Shown piece by piece: positions 1 to 8,108 of a stretch of DNA of 32,000 nucleotides (within the stretch, counting starts at the first letter, position 1; every line of letters begins with the position of its first letter). The notes under the pieces were generated by a model. It saw only the letters and a list, made by a program, of their open reading frames with translations, searched no databases and had not been told where the DNA came from. The translations under genes and the position numbers were made by a program. Location: the NCBI RefSeq assembly GCF_016806735.1, contig NZ_CP060530.1, positions 240,001 through 272,000 on the forward strand, read 5' to 3'. This stretch comes from Candidatus Micrarchaeum sp. (GTDB lineage Archaea; Micrarchaeota; Micrarchaeia; Micrarchaeales; Micrarchaeaceae).

Positions 1-2663
1 CTCGCAGAAACAAGGTACGGATGCGCGAATCCCACGCTGGCATCGGTGAATCCTATGATCCTGCCGAGCACCCCTGCAGAAGTGTGCGGAGAAAGCGTTA
101 TCACGTAATGGCCTATAAGGTCCTTCTGCTCAGATACGTTGTAAAATTTTTCCAGGCCGTAAAACCTTACCAGCATCTCGTCCATAAATTGCGTGACGTT
201 GATGAAATAATCTGCGCCCCTCCTGTTCAATATTACGTCCTGATGCATGAGCTCGACCAGCTGGTCCCCGCGCTCAAGCGGATTGCCCATATAATCTTTG
301 TCATAGCCTAGCTTCTTCAAGGTCTCTACATCTACGGATATCTCGTCAGGATAGAAATGCGTTATCGGCACATCGGTAGCGTCGAATCTCGATGTTCCGT
401 CTTTGAATATGAATATGTTGTGTGTGCTGCGGAGCAATCCCTTCTCCAGAGGCTCTGCAAGCTTGTCGGCATTCGAAAGCCCCTTAACTCCTTTCATGAG
501 CTTCGGAAGCGAAGTCATTCCAATGTTTTTCATGGCCCTGTTAACCTCGGAAACTATGTTTATTTGCTTCATTTCGCCTCCTTCCATCTGGCCCCCGCAT
601 TTCTCGCATTTCAAGCCAGTCCCGAAGTTTCCGCAAAGCTTGCATTTGCGCATTATCTCTGCCCTGCACTTGTGCTCCTCGCAGTAGAATGAGTTTATGT
701 ACTCGCCACCTTTGGTGCAGAGGTGTCTTGCAAGCTCGACGTTTATGCTCTGCGAATTGAACTTCTTTCCCTGCAGAACGTACGCCTTGGTTATGCTTCG
801 TTCCTTGCCCCCATATTCGCCTATCGGAAACAATATGTGCGGCGCGGGCTTCATCAGCCTCTCTCTTGCCTTTTCCGGCCTTCCCATTCTTCCGCCGATT
901 TTCGTGGAGCGCTTCATTATCTTGAACTTGGCCAGCTTGTTGAGCATCTCAAGCGAGCTCTGTGCCCGCAGCGCATCTTCGGGCAATTCCTCATTTTGGA
1001 TTATATTTCCATTCCTTACGAGCCCGAAGCTGGCAATGAGCGACTTTGCTGTTTCGCCCTCTACGTCTATGCTTTCGTTCCTGTCCATGTGGGGTATGCA
1101 GGCCCTCTCCAAAAGTTCGCGAGCCTTGGCCAGCCTGTCGCCGCTTATGGTAACCGAATGGATTTCATCCAGCATTTTGGCGCCCCCGAGGTCGGCCTCC
1201 TTGAAAGTTTCAACCAGAAAGAGCATGTCCTCAGTGCTTATGTCCGAATAATCGTATATGAATTTTGGATGCATTGGCACTCCGTATTTTTCCGAGATTT
1301 CTAACGCCTCTGCAAAATCCGATACCTTTGGAATCACATCGCATCCTGCTTTTTTGAGCTGAAGCGCCCAGTACTCCTCCACATAGCTCGTCGGGCTTAG
1401 CGGGGTATTTGTCTTCTTGAAATCTCCGTAAGTGACGAGTATGTCGCCAACCGACAAAATCTTTTTTATATGGGGTTCGAGCCTTCTTGCCTCATCTGCA
1501 TCCTTTATCCTGAAAGCCTCGCCAGTATCGAGCTTGACAAACGGCCCCTCTATGGTATCAACTGGCACGGCTACGCAGCCTTTTCCGGGCTTTTCGACCT
1601 TGAGCTGTGTTCCGGTAGCTATAAATTCATCCATAAGGTACATGGTTGCAGGGTTGAAACCCTTAGAAGCTATGCCGGTGAATCTGCTCCTTCCGTATCT
1701 GAGCCTGAAAGCTCCCGAATGTTCCGGATATGCAAATATGGGCCTTCCAGCCACAAGCTCCTGCAGGAATACCACGTCCTTCTTGGTTTCCTTCTGCTCG
1801 GTCTGCTGAGATTTTTCTACCTTTATTATCTGGTTGAGCCAGGACCAGTCCAGCCCGGCTCCTTTCGTGTACTTGAGCACGCTTTTTGCCTTCTGCGCTA
1901 TTCCCTCGCACGAAACAAGGCATATGCCGCTCCTTATCTTGTTTGATATCATCTGCGGCTTCCCGGCAGCGTCAAGCCTGTTTATGTTCCTGTGTATGCC
2001 TATTTCTATCTGTTCCGACGCCAGGCCGTCAAGGCATATCGGGCAGTTCTCGAATATTGTCCTTATGTCCTGTTCCGGTGGCAGGTATTGGAGCCTTGCC
2101 ACTCTTGAATTGTAAATTTGGATCTCCTCCACATATCTGTCCATCTCGGCCTTCGTTGCCTTGTAAGCTCCTATTCCGAGTATCTTCCTCCCATAATCCG
2201 CTAGCGCTACCGAGAGTGCAGCCGCAGTGCCTCCTGCGCCTCTTATCGGCCCTGCATATATTATGGCCGCGTAATCGGTTCCGTCCTGATTCCTGTGAAG
2301 CTCTATTCCCTGAAGCCCTTCCGTCGGCGCAACCAATATGCCCTCAGTAAGGACCGCAAGCCCTACTTTTGTCGCAAGCGAAAGCCTCTTGTCTATGTCG
2401 TCGTTGAACCTTTCGTTGGTGCATACTTCCTTCACCATGGTAAAGGCTAGCTCCTGCCTGGATTTTCCTTCAGAGTTCTTTTTTATAAGCTCAGCCAATC
2501 CCTTTATCCCTATTATTCCCTCCACCCTGGTGGCAAGGTCGGGAGCTGGCAATATCTCTACGAATGGTTCGGGGTCGTAGCCCTTTTTCTTGGCTTCGGT
2601 TGCTACGCTGAATGCCTTCTCGAAATTTTTGTTAAGTTCTGAAAAATATTCGTGTATGTCCAT
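1..2663 (-). CDS. polC: DNA polymerase II (PolD) large subunit DP2, N-terminal ~887 codons; the 3' part lies beyond the left window edge
   Basis: Absent from the ORF track because there is no stop in the window. Manual reverse translation from ATG (2663-2661) is open down to position 3: MDIHEYFSELNKNFEKAFSVATEAKKKGYDPEPFVEILPAPDLATRVEGIIG... Later segments include GRPIFAYPEHSGAFRLRYGRSRFTG, the Cys clusters CEEHKC...CKLCG...KCEKCG, and HYVITLSPHTSAGVLGRIIGF. All are typical of archaeal DP2. The start lies 4 nt after the DP1 stop. Confidence 0.9.
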   Translation of the reverse strand, partial: MDIHEYFSELNKNFEKAFSVATEAKKKGYDPEPFVEILPAPDLATRVEGIIGIKGLAELIKKNSEGKSRQELAFTMVKEVCTNERFNDDIDKRLSLATKVGLAVLTEGILVAPTEGLQGIELHRNQDGTDYAAIIYAGPIRGAGGTAAALSVALADYGRKILGIGAYKATKAEMDRYVEEIQIYNSRVARLQYLPPEQDIRTIFENCPICLDGLASEQIEIGIHRNINRLDAAGKPQMISNKIRSGICLVSCEGIAQKAKSVLKYTKGAGLDWSWLNQIIKVEKSQQTEQKETKKDVVFLQELVAGRPIFAYPEHSGAFRLRYGRSRFTGIASKGFNPATMYLMDEFIATGTQLKVEKPGKGCVAVPVDTIEGPFVKLDTGEAFRIKDADEARRLEPHIKKILSVGDILVTYGDFKKTNTPLSPTSYVEEYWALQLKKAGCDVIPKVSDFAEALEISEKYGVPMHPKFIYDYSDISTEDMLFLVETFKEADLGGAKMLDEIHSVTISGDRLAKARELLERACIPHMDRNESIDVEGETAKSLIASFGLVRNGNIIQNEELPEDALRAQSSLEMLNKLAKFKIMKRSTKIGGRMGRPEKARERLMKPAPHILFPIGEYGGKERSITKAYVLQGKKFNSQSINVELARHLCTKGGEYINSFYCEEHKCRAEIMRKCKLCGNFGTGLKCEKCGGQMEGGEMKQINIVSEVNRAMKNIGMTSLPKLMKGVKGLSNADKLAEPLEKGLLRSTHNIFIFKDGTSRFDATDVPITHFYPDEISVDVETLKKLGYDKDYMGNPLERGDQLVELMHQDVILNRRGADYFINVTQFMDEMLVRFYGLEKFYNVSEQKDLIGHYVITLSPHTSAGVLGRIIGFTDASVGFAHPYLVSA

Positions 2664-2667
2664 TCGA

Positions 2668-4191
2668 CTACCTGTTGAAGTCTATAGATGTCACGCTGTA
2701 ATCCTTCGATTTGAACACCGGCATTATGCACGGGGTTGGTATGTGCCCCTGCCTTACCTGGAAATCCGTCCTTCCCTGCCACGTGCCGCTGTTTATGACC
2801 GTAACTCCGTGATATTTCGTAGTCCCGTTCTTGTGTATGTGACCCATGTGCAATATGTCAGGTATTGTGTCTATGACAAGGTTGTCAGTCTTCGACGGGA
2901 CTATTATGTTGCCTCCGTATATCGGCGAAAGGTGCCTGCGCTTGAGCAGCTCTACCATCGCCTTCTCAGGCACGGAATAGCTGTTGTTCGGTATCGCGCT
3001 TATTATGGAATCCAATGAGGTTCCATGGTAGCCCAATACCTCCAGCCCGTGCAGGGTCATGTACGATGGATTCGATACTATGTGCACGTTGTCCTTCTTG
3101 AAATCCCCAATGAGCTCCTGCGGCAGCGGAGGCTGCGGCTCTGCTCTCTGCACCGCATCGTGGTTTCCCGGCATTATGAAAACGTGTATGTAATCAGGTA
3201 TTGCTTCGACAAAATCGAACAGCATCTTGTACTGTGTGTACATGTCGGAGACTGCGAGGTCCCTGTCCTGGTTCGGGTATACTCCTATGCCGTCGGCATC
3301 GTCCCCGCTTATCACTATATATTTTATGCCTCCTACCATATCCATCTGGGTGTGGTCAGCATCTCCGTTGAGCCACCTTATCATCTTGGAGAAGTTTTTC
3401 TCCATGAAAAGCTTGCTACCCACGTGTATATCGGAGAGGAAAGCTATGTTTATGTTTTCCTCTACCTTCTTCTGCTGCCTTATCGGGACGTCGGGCCACA
3501 CTATCATGTTTGCTATTACGAACGGCCCGGATATCTTGCCCTTTATCGCTATGACTTCATCGTTGGTTATCGAGTTCGCGTTGACGTAGAGCTCCTGCGC
3601 TTCTTTCGAGCTCCCGTTCATGAACATTACTTTCGCATATCCCTCTTCGTCTTCCAGCTCTAGCATGAGGTTGTTGTTCTTTGTTATTATCTTCCTGTTT
3701 ACTATTCCGAATATGTAAACCTCTCTTCCGGAAGCGTAATCGTTTATGTGCTCCAGGCTCTGCAGGAACTGGCCATAGCTGCTGTGCTGCGCTATTATCT
3801 GGCGCATCCTTGCAAGCCTGTCCCTGAAATACATTACGAAATCGTTTATGCTGCCGTTGGTGTGCTCTACTTCTCTGCCCCTTATCTTGTACTGCGCGTC
3901 TATCTCAGCAGCAAGGGGCTTGAAGTCCGCAGACCTGCTCACCTCTATCTTTATCGGCTGCTTCTGCTCCATTATCTTGTCTATCGCCTTCTGGAGCTCC
4001 TCACTGCTCACTATGTGCAGCGTTTCCTCGGAATTCCTGCCCTCTATAAGCTCGTATGCCAATGCCGAAGGGTCAATGTCCTTCAGCATGTCCTCCTTTA
4101 TGTCTCCCCCTATAAGCATCCCTGCCTTGGACAGGGCCGAGGCAAGCTGCTTGAGCGAACCCCTGGCGATTACCTCCTTTTCGCTCTCCAT
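2668..4191 (-). CDS. polB: DNA polymerase II (PolD) small subunit DP1 (3'-5' exonuclease subunit)
   Basis: 507-aa ORF with calcineurin-like phosphoesterase motifs in order: FLSDIHVGS, VISGDDADGIGVYP, MPGNHDA, GYHG, HMGHIH. It sits immediately upstream of DP2 on the same strand. Confidence 0.9.
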   Translation of the reverse strand: MESEKEVIARGSLKQLASALSKAGMLIGGDIKEDMLKDIDPSALAYELIEGRNSEETLHIVSSEELQKAIDKIMEQKQPIKIEVSRSADFKPLAAEIDAQYKIRGREVEHTNGSINDFVMYFRDRLARMRQIIAQHSSYGQFLQSLEHINDYASGREVYIFGIVNRKIITKNNNLMLELEDEEGYAKVMFMNGSSKEAQELYVNANSITNDEVIAIKGKISGPFVIANMIVWPDVPIRQQKKVEENINIAFLSDIHVGSKLFMEKNFSKMIRWLNGDADHTQMDMVGGIKYIVISGDDADGIGVYPNQDRDLAVSDMYTQYKMLFDFVEAIPDYIHVFIMPGNHDAVQRAEPQPPLPQELIGDFKKDNVHIVSNPSYMTLHGLEVLGYHGTSLDSIISAIPNNSYSVPEKAMVELLKRRHLSPIYGGNIIVPSKTDNLVIDTIPDILHMGHIHKNGTTKYHGVTVINSGTWQGRTDFQVRQGHIPTPCIMPVFKSKDYSVTSIDFNR

Positions 4192-4201
4192 GTTATTGCT
4201 T

Positions 4202-4468
4202 TCAATCCTTTATCGATTCAAGTATGCTTAGTACTCCCCATATCACAGTCCTGGCCTGCGGCGGCAGGTTTATGTCGTTGCTCACGGAATCAAGGCTGTA
4301 TATGGCCGAAGACGCCCTTACTGTGAATTCTCCTTCCTCGTTAAGCTTTGACTTCGCTTCGCTTACGGCGCTCCTTACATTCTTAGGCACGCTCGTGTCG
4401 CTTATAAGCATGTCCATCTGCATGTTTGCCTGCTTTATCAGCTCCAGCACTTCATCTTTCTTTGGCAT
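4202..4468 (-). CDS. UPF0147-family small protein
   Basis: 88 aa. DTSVPKNVRSAVSEAKSKL...VRASSAIYSLDSVSNDINLPPQARTVIWGVLSILESI matches my recollection of the archaeal UPF0147 consensus (TSVPRNIRR...VRA...L..VS.DPN.P...RT.IW). The stop is 10 nt upstream of the DP1 ATG, so the three genes are probably one operon. Confidence 0.65.
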   Translation of the reverse strand: MPKKDEVLELIKQANMQMDMLISDTSVPKNVRSAVSEAKSKLNEEGEFTVRASSAIYSLDSVSNDINLPPQARTVIWGVLSILESIKD

Positions 4469-4572
4469 ATTATCACCGATAATTAGTACATTTACAGCTA
4501 GTATTGCATTTAAGCTATTTATAGCTGAGCCTCTGCCCTGCTTTTAAGCATCCTACCCTAAAAGCGAAAACG

Positions 4573-4585
4573 CATAAATATTTTT
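4573..4585 (+). promoter_or_regulatory. TATA-like box (cataaatattttt) about 20-25 nt upstream of ATG 4601; would give a leaderless transcript
   Basis: AT-rich TATA-like element at archaeal promoter spacing from the ATG at 4601. Assigned by sequence pattern only. Confidence 0.3.
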
Positions 4586-4701
4586 GCAGGTATAGAAAAT
4601 ATGCTTAGCCAAAAGCAAAGGGATTCGGAAATCTTCGTTTACAATCCAATGCCTGCTCCTGTTCCTGTCCACATAGGAAACAAAAATACCTAAACCAGTC
4701 C

Positions 4702-5133
4702 TTGGAACTTAAGAATCCAAGGGAAGACGCGGTAAAGATTGCGCTTCTAGACCTTGGCATACCGGCATACTACGAATACATGCGCTATCCATTGAGCAAC
4801 GGCAGGGCATACTATCCAGATTTCATGACGTCAATATTCCTGAACGGGCGCCAGGTCATACTCGAGCCCCACAGCACGGTGAACGATACCGGATACCTGA
4901 AAAAGCTTAGCGAGTTCATAAATACTTACGATTTTTATCTGGTTTTGATATCTAACAGGTCGCACAGAAAGCTAATCGAGCATGGTTCTGATCCTGAGGA
5001 ATTCGTAGACAAATACTGGTTCATAAACAACTTTTACAACGATGAAAGCTTTGTCAAGCAGAATTCTGAAAAGGTGAAGAAGAAGCTCAAGAATCTTCTA
5101 AGAAGGCCCGAAGCCGAAATAATCAAAGAGTGA
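4702..5133 (+). CDS. hypothetical protein, possibly Vsr/PD-(D/E)xK-like nuclease fold; the true start is probably ATG 4601 in another frame (apparent frameshift)
   Basis: 143-aa ORF starting at TTG. The motif AYYPDF...(11 aa)...VILEPHS resembles the xxDF...hhhE core of Vsr/DUF559-type endonucleases (weak). A 30-codon ORF (4601-4693) with a well-placed TATA box fuses in frame if the A5 run at 4682-4686 is read as A6. Confidence 0.5.
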   Translation: MELKNPREDAVKIALLDLGIPAYYEYMRYPLSNGRAYYPDFMTSIFLNGRQVILEPHSTVNDTGYLKKLSEFINTYDFYLVLISNRSHRKLIEHGSDPEEFVDKYWFINNFYNDESFVKQNSEKVKKKLKNLLRRPEAEIIKE

Positions 5134-5370
5134 ACACACCCAATAATTGATATGCGGATTAAGCAAAGGTTGGTATTTTATACGTTATTTCTTTGATGAA
5201 AACTTCAGGCAAAACGCATGAGCAATGAAAGTGTCGGCCCGAGAAATGAAAATACGCTGCAGAACTACATCAGGAGGCAGGGCATTTCAGGGCAGCTGCA
5301 TCTTGCCGTTTAACCCAAGTGATACTGCGGCCTTTAGGTCGCAGAGAAGGTCATATTTTTATAGTTATAT

Positions 5371-6700
5371 TTATTTTTTTCCAGCCACAGGAGTAGAAGC
5401 ATAGCTTTCTTTTGCAAGACGAGCTGGTGCGTACTCGCTATCCTGAAGCATTCCGTTCAGCAGCCGGCTTATAGCATAAACCGATGCGTATGAAACAGTA
5501 AAAACAAATGCTCCGACTACTACTACGGCCATGGCTTCAAGCCCAAGCTGGTGCAGCGCCATGATGCCGCCGCCAAACAGTATCCCGTTCGGAAGGTTCG
5601 AAGCGCCGGAAGCAGCTGCAAATGGGGTCTGCGCGAAGAACGCTATCATGAGCAGGCCAAATACACCGCCAACCAGATGCCCAGGCAGCACTCCTATCGG
5701 ATCACTGTACCATTTAGGCTTGGAGAATATACTTTCCGCAAAGACAAATATTGGCCCACTGATAAGTCCTAGAATGACAGCACTCCCCGGGCTCACATAG
5801 CCGGCAAGGGGAGTTATGACTATAAGCCCCATCAGAACACCATTAACGGCGTATATCAGCCCAGGATCCCGCTTTGAAACAAGGAATTTAGTAAGCGTGG
5901 TTGAAACCATTGCAGAAGCAGCAGCTAGGAACGTGGTTATCACAACTATAATCGTTTCAGTTGTGAAGGCGAGTTCGCTTCCCGGATTGAAGCCAAACCA
6001 GCCAACCCATAACAGTATGATGGAAAGCGTTAGCCAGCTAGAGTTCAGGTTCAGGCGTTCCTTCTTCGACTGTTTCAGGCCCCTTTCTTTTCCTCCTGCC
6101 ATATTCGAACCATTATAGCAAGAGCAGCGAATCCTGCAGCGCCATGGACAATTAGGCCTCCGGCGAAATCACGAACGCCCAGCATATACAGCCAGCCTGT
6201 CGGATTCCATATCCATGCGGCAGGAATGGTCCATATAAATATGAAGTATACGATCGAAAATAACATGAAAGCTGACATTTTCATCTTTCGTAGTACGACC
6301 ACGCCAACAAGCGCCAGTGTTACTGAGGCGAATGCCGTTTCAAAGAGAAAATACGTGCCCGTCGAAAGGCCTGTACCAAAAAATTTGGCACCTGTAAGCC
6401 AGAAAACGCCAGTCAATTCACCAGGCAGATTTGAAGAAAAAAGTCCGAGGAATATATTGCTATAGCCCGGATTTCCAATTATGCCGCCTATCGTTGGCGC
6501 GAAAGCAATATCAAATCCGAAAGGCCCATAAAAAATAATGAAAAACAGGTTATTATAACAGCCTTATACAGGCTTCTATCCATTCTGTGGTTGATTTCAC
6601 CTATTTCCAGAAGACCAACGGATACAGTCATCGTAAATACAAGAAGACTTGCAAGCAAAACCCAGAGATTATTTATAAGATCTAGAGACATCAGAATCAC
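5371..6700 (-). pseudogene. amt: ammonium transporter (Amt/MEP family) split into three ORFs by two frameshifts
   Basis: ORFs 6488-6700, 6075-6416 and 5371-6102 are colinear Amt segments: N-terminal TMs, then ...FETAFASVTLALVGVVV...DFAGGLIVHGAAGFAALA..., then ...LLWVGWFGFNPGS...GVLPGHLVGGVFG... Frame breaks fall at the A6 run 6530-6535 and in the C4/T3/T4 runs at 6080-6091. Adding one base at each restores a single ORF. Confidence 0.85.
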
Positions 6701-6729
6701 TTATGGGCAAGTTATCAATATCGGGTATT

Positions 6730-7188
6730 TTAGTATTTAGGCAAGAATTCCGCGCTAAGTTCCGAAACTGCCTCCTTGATCTGATCAGTGCTTCTGTGCA
6801 AGGCTCTATCGGCAGGGTTGCTGTGGAAATTGTCGCTCTTGCCTGGCAAAATATGCACATGGTAATGCGGGACTGTCCTTCCTGCGCTTGCACCCACACG
6901 CTCTATCTTGGAATAGCCGTCAAGCCCGTGCTTTTTGTAGAACCTAGCCACGAGCGATTCCGCCCTTTGCATGTCCTTTAATTCTGTTTCCGTAAGCTCT
7001 GTAAAATCCCCCCTGTGCTCTATGGGCATCAGAAGGAAATGGAAATCATGGTCTGCATCTTTCGATGCAACTATCCTGATTGCGCCAACTTTCGTTATAG
7101 TAGAGACGCCTATGATTTTCTCATCGTCAAATATGTCTGCCATAGCCTTGCCCTGCTGCCTTGTTTTTTCCACCATTAACGCACCCAA
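6730..7188 (-). CDS. HIT (histidine triad) family hydrolase
   Basis: 152-aa ORF with the histidine triad HYHVHILPG (HxHxHxx). The track start at 7188 is TTG. ATG alternatives are at 7176 and 7143 (MADIFDD...). Confidence 0.75.
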   Translation of the reverse strand: MGALMVEKTRQQGKAMADIFDDEKIIGVSTITKVGAIRIVASKDADHDFHFLLMPIEHRGDFTELTETELKDMQRAESLVARFYKKHGLDGYSKIERVGASAGRTVPHYHVHILPGKSDNFHSNPADRALHRSTDQIKEAVSELSAEFLPKY

Positions 7189-7299
7189 GCATACAGCATA
7201 ATTTTATTGCAACAATAATCTAAAAATATGCCGCATGCAGCCTAAACAGCAAAGGACAAGCAAGATGCGAGGTAGTCAGGCTCTTGGCATTGCAGGATT

Positions 7300-7371
7300 C
7301 GCCTCGGTCGGGATTCGAACCCGAGTCGCAACCGTGACAGGGTCGTATGCTAACCACTACACCACCGAGGC
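7300..7371 (-). tRNA. tRNA-Asp (anticodon GTC), no intron, CCA not encoded
   Basis: Manual fold of the reverse complement. Acceptor GCCTCGG/CCGAGGC, anticodon stem CGACC/GGTTG, loop CTGTCAC, T-arm TCGGG-TTCGAAT-CCCGA, discriminator G. Confidence 0.9.
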
Positions 7372-7396
7372 TCTGCAGAATATTTCTGCATTGTCA

Positions 7397-7408
7397 GCTA
7401 TAAATAAC
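7397..7408 (-). promoter_or_regulatory. TATA-like box (GTTATTTATAGC on the minus strand) 26-37 nt upstream of the tRNA-Asp 5' end
   Basis: Position and composition fit an archaeal TATA element. It lies between the stop of the 7420-7896 ORF and tRNA-Asp. Confidence 0.35.
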
Positions 7409-7419
7409 TTCTTGTCTTG

Positions 7420-7896
7420 CTACTTCTTCATGAGTCCCAGTGCTCCTCCTATTATTCCCAGGATCATGCCTACTAAGAATCCTCCGTCTCCGAGTATGCT
7501 TATGAGCGAGAATATTATGGCAACTATGGAGAATATCTTGAGCCTGTTCCCCTTGGGATTGTATGACATGATTCCGCTAAGCATGACAACGATTCCGCAT
7601 ATTACGCCAACTGCTGCTACTGCATATATTACATCCGCCAGCGCCCCGCTGTTCACATAATTGTTTATTAGCCTTATCTCAGTGGCGTTGTGCGCTAGTG
7701 CAGGATTAGAAGCAGTGAGGTTTGCTATTATCGAATTGGCCGAAACAGAACTGATAGCGCTGACCGCGCTCAACTCGTAGATTCCTCCCAAAAGTATGAG
7801 TACGCCTCCTATAAGCATGAAAATAAACGGGAGCGTGTGCTTCTGCTGTCCCGCTGATGGAGACATGAACTTTTCTGTTGCGCTTTTTCCTTGCAT
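7420..7896 (-). CDS. hypothetical integral membrane protein (about 4 TM helices)
   Basis: 158-aa ORF with four hydrophobic segments: LPFIFMLIGGVLILLGGIY, VIYAVAAVGVICGIVVMLSGIM, IFSIVAIIFSLISILG, FLVGMILGIIGGALGLM. No family recognised. The ATG is only 14 nt downstream of the tRNA-Tyr 3' end. Confidence 0.6.
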   Translation of the reverse strand: MQGKSATEKFMSPSAGQQKHTLPFIFMLIGGVLILLGGIYELSAVSAISSVSANSIIANLTASNPALAHNATEIRLINNYVNSGALADVIYAVAAVGVICGIVVMLSGIMSYNPKGNRLKIFSIVAIIFSLISILGDGGFLVGMILGIIGGALGLMKK

Positions 7897-7910
7897 AATT
7901 ACACCTTATT

Positions 7911-8004
7911 TCCCGTTGGAGCGAGTCGAACGCTCAACCTGCCGGTATCTTCTTGACGAAGAATCAAACTACAGCCGGCCGCTCTGCCATTGAGCTACAA
8001 CGGG
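7911..8004 (-). tRNA. tRNA-Tyr (anticodon GTA) with a 22-nt intron at the canonical 37/38 position (intron = 7947-7968)
   Basis: Manual fold. Acceptor CCCGTTG/CAACGGG (C1:G72, the archaeal Tyr identity pair), discriminator A, D-arm GCTC-AATGGCA-GAGC. Anticodon stem GCCGG/CCGGC encloses CTGTAG[TTTGATTCTTCGTCAAGAAGAT]A. T-arm GAGCG-TTCGACT-CGCTC. A 3-4-3 bulge-helix-bulge can be drawn around both splice sites. Confidence 0.9.
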
Positions 8005-8025
8005 CATAACACTTATTTCGGCAAG

Positions 8026-8037
8026 AATATTAATAAG
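8026..8037 (-). promoter_or_regulatory. TATA-like box (CTTATTAATATT on the minus strand) 22-33 nt upstream of the tRNA-Tyr 5' end
   Basis: AT-rich element at archaeal promoter distance. A second element (cttataaattta, 8043-8054, plus strand) could serve the divergent 8109-8882 gene. Confidence 0.3.
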
Positions 8038-8108
8038 TTTACCTTATAAATTTATCTTACTGCCATTCCAAGTCTCTTGCACATCCAACGTGCGGTGCAG
8101 GTGATTAA

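Noticed and set aside
21-2580. A stack of plus-strand ORFs (21-311, 357-692, 697-1251, 723-1304, 1432-1809, 1470-1946, 1834-2115, 1886-2350, 2338-2580) from the ORF track
   Set aside because: They overlap each other, are low-complexity (Ser/Leu/Pro/Cys-rich) and lie antisense to a continuous, clearly recognisable PolD DP2 reading frame on the minus strand. They are shadow ORFs.
1-2663. Intein insertion in PolD DP2
   Set aside because: The translated fragment is colinear with the expected DP2 motif order. It has no extra block carrying intein-type splice junction or homing endonuclease motifs.
4469-4700. Possible replication origin (ORB-type repeats) in the intergenic region upstream of the polD operon, by analogy with origin-proximal polD genes in some Euryarchaeota
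   Set aside because: I could find no repeated ORB-like inverted or direct repeats by eye and no adjacent orc1/cdc6 gene. There are only TATA-like AT-rich elements for the divergent genes.
5134-5370. Search for a glnK/PII gene or remnant downstream of amt; small ORF 5218-5313 (MSNESVGPRNENTLQNYIRRQGISGQLHLAV); hairpin ctgcggcc-ttta-ggtcgcag at 5325-5344 followed by a T5 run
   Set aside because: Neither strand shows PII-like sequence, and the 31-aa ORF has no recognisable features. The hairpin is real in the sequence (8 bp with one G.T pair on the plus strand). It lies ~190 nt from the nearest plus-strand stop, and archaeal termination does not require hairpins, so I do not assign a function.
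7235-7993. Plus-strand ORFs 7235-7660 and 7796-7993
   Set aside because: They run through the two tRNA genes and antisense to the 4-TM membrane ORF. Their sequence is explained by the tRNAs and by the minus-strand CDS.
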